From NCBI GenBank assembly GCA_964518565.1, contig CAZFGX010000001.1:360409-424408 (forward strand): 64,000 nucleotides of DNA, written 5' to 3'. Position numbers and translations under genes: made by a program. Positions 60,711 through 64,000 of the stretch are shown here, one piece after another (the first letter of the stretch is position 1; each line of letters opens with the position of its first letter). Source of the stretch: an uncultured Gammaproteobacteria bacterium. Its GTDB lineage: Bacteria; Patescibacteriota; Microgenomatia; CAZETR01; Amesbacteraceae. The notes beneath the pieces were generated by a model, which did no database searches, was not told the origin of the DNA, and saw nothing but the letters and a program-made list of their open reading frames with translations.

Positions 60711-61406
60711 CTACTCTTCATCTGGGTCAAAACTCCGAATCGTAGTCTCAAAAGGACTTTCTTGAGCCATATTGGCATTATCTTTACTCAAAAGCATTTT
60801 TACCCTTTGGCCAAAATCTTCAAATTTTGCTTTTATCTGATTTGTTTTTTCACTCACAGCTTTCTTTCCAAAAAATAAAGCCAGCTTAGGTATAGCTTCC
60901 CAGCGATTTACCACCATAGTTTTTTCGACCACCTGATCTCTAAAAGGAACAGTCATATGAAATGGTAAGACTTTCCACCCAGGCATTTTTTCCACAGTAT
61001 CAACCAAATCTTTGGTAATAAACAAACTTACTGGAATAGGCGAGTCAACCAATTCTTTCATGAGTCGATATCCTCCTCTGAGAGTTTTTGGGGCAAAGTG
61101 GGTCGGGACAAATACGCCATCCACCGAACTGCCTAGTAAATATCCATCCTTATCTGCTCCGTATGCCAATGATTCATTATAATTTCCGTGATTAAAAAAA
61201 TGATTCTCAAAACTGTTTTGATTCAACGGCTCTCGGCCTCTTCGTTCAATCGCCGCTGCATAGTATTCATAAATCTCTTCCATTAATAAATATTGTTCAC
61301 GATTTGTTAGACCATGTAAAAGTTCTGTTGTCGTAGTCAAACGATTTTTACTCAATTGCTTTTCTGCTGCCAGATCATGTTCTGAAAAACTATTACCTTC
61401 AGCCAT
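60711..61406 (-). CDS. Hypothetical protein
   Basis: Open frame; TATACT 8 nt before ATG 61406. Confidence 0.75.
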   Translation of the reverse strand: MAEGNSFSEHDLAAEKQLSKNRLTTTTELLHGLTNREQYLLMEEIYEYYAAAIERRGREPLNQNSFENHFFNHGNYNESLAYGADKDGYLLGSSVDGVFVPTHFAPKTLRGGYRLMKELVDSPIPVSLFITKDLVDTVEKMPGWKVLPFHMTVPFRDQVVEKTMVVNRWEAIPKLALFFGKKAVSEKTNQIKAKFEDFGQRVKMLLSKDNANMAQESPFETTIRSFDPDEE

Positions 61407-61429
61407 ACTTTTTAAGTATAGCAAAGCAC

Positions 61430-61456
61430 AAAAAAAGCGCCGGGGTCACCGGCGCT
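61430..61456 (-). terminator. Intrinsic terminator
   Basis: AGCGCCGG-TGACC-CCGGCGCT followed by a T run. Confidence 0.88.
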
Positions 61457-61515
61457 AAAAGATAAATCAATTTAGTCAAAAACATTTCGCATTGAAATTA
61501 TTTCAACTAAATAGA

Positions 61516-61950
61516 TCATTGCCCAAACAATGGGCGGACATACTGGACAAAAATCCACCCCGACAGATACGCAATGCTCACGATTGCTTGAAAAATCGTC
61601 AACAGTTTTAGCCACATTGGTGGCACGACATTATCTGTCAACATTTTTTCCGCATACTCCAGATACCACAACAGATTGGCGACATGTGTCGAAGCAAATA
61701 TTGCCACATACACTTTCAGCCAGACCGGAGCAGGGACAAAAACAATCACCCCAGCGCGAATAATCGCTGAAGCCAGAGACTTAAACAGATGCCCCACCTC
61801 TTTTGGACCACCTGTAGCGATAATCTTGCCCTTGTAGCCATGTTTGGCTACCCAGTCTTCAAAATATCGTCCCTTGTGACCAATTTGTTCAGCCAAATAC
61901 ACGGCCTGATTCAAAATCACCAAAACAGCCAATACCAGTAACATATCCAT
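61516..61950 (-). CDS. Hypothetical membrane protein
   Basis: AGGAGG SD; hydrophobic helices. Confidence 0.75.
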   Translation of the reverse strand: MDMLLVLAVLVILNQAVYLAEQIGHKGRYFEDWVAKHGYKGKIIATGGPKEVGHLFKSLASAIIRAGVIVFVPAPVWLKVYVAIFASTHVANLLWYLEYAEKMLTDNVVPPMWLKLLTIFQAIVSIAYLSGWIFVQYVRPLFGQ

Positions 61951-61968
61951 GCCTCCTAAATAGAAGAT

Positions 61969-62247
61969 CTAATATCGTACGACTCGTCGCCGCAAACCTG
62001 GCCGTACCGGCGAGATTAGTGTATCAGTCAACATCGGATCTATCTCCACCTGCTTCACCTCAAAACCTTCCAAGGTGACTGTGGCATGTACAGTGTACGC
62101 AGATCGATTAAGATTTGAATATCCTGTGACATGATAGGTGGTTTGACTTGGCGAAAGTTTTCGCAAGAACAAAATATATTCTGGTATACCATGACCCAAA
62201 TCAATCATTTTTTGAATCACAGCTCGCATTGAATGAGAAATTTTCAT
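61969..62247 (-). CDS. Hypothetical protein
   Basis: GGGAG before ATG 62247, which overlaps the upstream stop. Confidence 0.65.
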   Translation of the reverse strand: MKISHSMRAVIQKMIDLGHGIPEYILFLRKLSPSQTTYHVTGYSNLNRSAYTVHATVTLEGFEVKQVEIDPMLTDTLISPVRPGLRRRVVRY

Positions 62248-62621
62248 ACCGTCTCCCGTAAAAAATCCTGGATATCTGGCCAATGATGTGGCGGCTCATC
62301 ACCAACCACACCTAGCTGCTTCAACTCATCTGCCACATCGCTCATTGTGCCGTCTGCGTGATTCACGGCATTGTGCCGACAATATCGCCATAGGGCAACA
62401 GCACGCGAATCAGTGGGTGGAATTTCGCCATTGCGAATTTGATTTAACACCGCCTGATCCACATCCGACCATCCAGCGTAATCCAACGCAATCCAATCTC
62501 TATCGTGTCTTCGTATCTCATATTCCCTCCATTCGAATGAAAACATCACGAGATTCAGCAAGTACGGAATTGAACCGTCAGTATCTAACACTAGATACCT
62601 GCCACCAGGCCAGCTGCACAA
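62244..62621 (-). CDS. Hypothetical protein (start uncertain, possibly 5'-degraded)
   Basis: Open frame, but an in-frame stop lies just upstream and there is no clear SD. Confidence 0.5.
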   Translation of the reverse strand: MCSWPGGRYLVLDTDGSIPYLLNLVMFSFEWREYEIRRHDRDWIALDYAGWSDVDQAVLNQIRNGEIPPTDSRAVALWRYCRHNAVNHADGTMSDVADELKQLGVVGDEPPHHWPDIQDFLRETV

Positions 62622-62788
62622 ACAACATACGTCTACGTATTATTTATCTGCAACTTATCGATTGATACTCTCAGATCACATTTGCACGCTTCCTTCTGAA
62701 ATTTTTTCAGCTAGTACGCTATGAATGTGTTCTTCAGCGAGTATAAACCGCATCGTATTTTACTCTAGGACAAATAATACATATTCGA

Positions 62789-63133
62789 TTAGGCGTTCAC
62801 AGTCCAGATTCCAAATGCAAATGTTGCATTCGCAATCTGTTCGTCATTGTACTGTGCGGTGCCTTCCAATCTAGGAAGACCTCGGACAGACAAGACGATT
62901 ATCGAGTCTCCGACCCGCAAAGACACTTTCGGTGCCCCAACGGTCGAAATCTCAATACTGTGTTTAGCTTGCAAAGCAGCCAAAGTATTTGCATGGCTTG
63001 CGTTACAACAGGAAACAGCAGTTTTACTCAATTGCCGCACCTCTTCGACCGAAAGTGGTCGCCGAGATATAGCCGCATTTAAGTCAAACATGCTATCACC
63101 AATCGCCAAACCGATATATGTTGTTCCAGACAT
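62789..63133 (-). CDS. DUF1874/STIV B116/AcrIII-1-like ring nuclease
   Basis: 114 aa; LSVEEVRQL, VS....SH.NT...L, VSL..GD.IIV, RLEG, Y.DEQI....F.F; AGGAGG SD. Confidence 0.7.
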   Translation of the reverse strand: MSGTTYIGLAIGDSMFDLNAAISRRPLSVEEVRQLSKTAVSCCNASHANTLAALQAKHSIEISTVGAPKVSLRVGDSIIVLSVRGLPRLEGTAQYNDEQIANATFAFGIWTVNA

Positions 63134-63139
63134 CCGTCC

Positions 63140-63232
63140 CTCCTAACTAAAAAAAGATTGTAAACGTTCGAGTGAGGCCAAAATCCTCCCTCTCAAAATA
63201 CCATATTTCACCAACTATTTCAATACTATAGG
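63140..63232 (-). promoter_or_regulatory. Cassette leader: CCTATAGTA, TTGAAA-N17-TATTTT, boxA-like GAACGTTTACAA, stem arm, AGGAGG
   Basis: Read directly on the minus strand. Confidence 0.7.
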
Positions 63233-63246
63233 ATAAAAATACAACC

Positions 63247-63333
63247 AAAAAAGCGCATGAAGCCGACTGCGATTTTATTCTCTCTTTTGGCCTGTCCTCC
63301 AAAAAAGTAAAATCACAGACAGCGTCATGCGCT
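63247..63333 (-). other. About 80-nt hairpin followed by T6 (terminator-like or small RNA)
   Basis: AGCGCATGA/TCATGCGCT, CTGTGATTTTA/TAAAATCGCAG, CTTTTTTGG/CCAAAAGAG; mismatches become G-U pairs on the minus strand. Confidence 0.7.
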
Positions 63334-63353
63334 CTTAAATAATTATCAATTTC

Positions 63354-63391
63354 AAAAAAAGTGGAGAGATGGGGCGTACCCATCTCTCCAC
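63354..63391 (-). terminator. Intrinsic terminator
   Basis: Perfect 13-bp GTGGAGAGATGGG/CCCATCTCTCCAC stem followed by T7. Confidence 0.9.
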
Positions 63392-63491
63392 AAACTAACA
63401 AAACAGATTTTTCATAGAAATTTCACGCAAAAAGTGAACTCTATAAAAAGTCTGTCATTTACGCATCGAGCATTCAAAAGCAGAATTTTGA

Positions 63492-63908
63492 TTACTGGCG
63501 TTGTGATTTGCGTTGAGCCACCATTGGCTCAGACACCCACTCGACCCAAGCCTTGAGTAGACCTGAGCGTAATGCAGTCAACAAATCTAGACTACCACCG
63601 CCCACATATCCGACTGCTATCGAGCTTGAGTCAGGGTCGGCGCTACTCGGATTGTGGGAAACTGTATAGGTCGTCCCTTCAAAACCGAAGTAACGGGTTT
63701 GATCATCAAACTGGTAATTACGAGTTTGTGAAGCTATTGCACCCCACAACTCTCGAATTTCGGCTTGCTCTCGAGCGAATCGAGTGCGTATTTCTTCAAA
63801 TCTAGACTGGTTCATTTCGACTCTTTGAGTCGGAATGAACCTGACCATACCAAAAGCAGGATACGCAAAGTCTCCATAAATGCCTTCGATCGTCGAAGAA
63901 GTAATCAC
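63492..63908 (-). CDS. Hypothetical protein (start uncertain)
   Basis: 138-aa open frame at the end of a minus-strand unit entering from the window edge. Confidence 0.55.
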   Translation of the reverse strand: MITSSTIEGIYGDFAYPAFGMVRFIPTQRVEMNQSRFEEIRTRFAREQAEIRELWGAIASQTRNYQFDDQTRYFGFEGTTYTVSHNPSSADPDSSSIAVGYVGGGSLDLLTALRSGLLKAWVEWVSEPMVAQRKSQRQ

Positions 63909-64000
63909 ATTTCCGCGCTCTCTAGTATGTAACGAGTCCTCCCGTTCTCGTCTATCTTGTTGTGCTTGTTCCAGAGATTTGGCGTCAAACCCATAACCTC

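Noticed and set aside
63147-63401. 84-aa minus-strand ORF
   Set aside because: It spans a terminator, a long hairpin, a promoter and the boxA-like leader, so it is most likely spurious.
59414-64000. Prophage
   Set aside because: Small orphans and an Acr-like gene are suggestive, but no integrase, terminase, capsid or replication genes are visible. Sequence beyond the window edge cannot be judged.

Overview
Chromosomal segment of a small-genome bacterium. Gene content and style point to Patescibacteria/CPR, probably Microgenomates (inference). The core blocks are gatA/gatB, dnaE, rplS, an ABC-F ATPase, tRNA-Lys and tRNA-Glu, a two-component pair, pyk followed by a complete F1Fo ATP synthase operon, ruvC, a holA-like gene, pgi/pmi-ppsA-eno-gpmI, rsmI/dedA, lexA, uvrB and a 2096-aa orphan. 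Many core transcription-unit starts have a -10 hexamer only 6-8 nt before the start codon (leaderless) and no Shine-Dalgarno (SD). Between these blocks lie about ten accessory transcription units of orphan genes with a shared and very different design: a sigma70 promoter (often preceded by CCTATAGTA), a boxA-like motif, directly after it an arm that base-pairs with a sequence just before the terminator, strong AGGAG(G) SD sites and a GC-rich intrinsic terminator. This resembles rRNA operon leader/trailer architecture wrapped around mRNAs and is the best candidate for an undescribed system. One cassette begins with an AcrIII-1/DUF1874-like ring nuclease. Other notable items are a DUF559 nuclease inside inverted palindromic repeats, an interrupted duplicate of the tRNA-Glu 5' end, two divergent genes sharing one CATG, and direct-repeat LexA-box candidates. 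All calls come from reading the sequence by eye; no searches were run.
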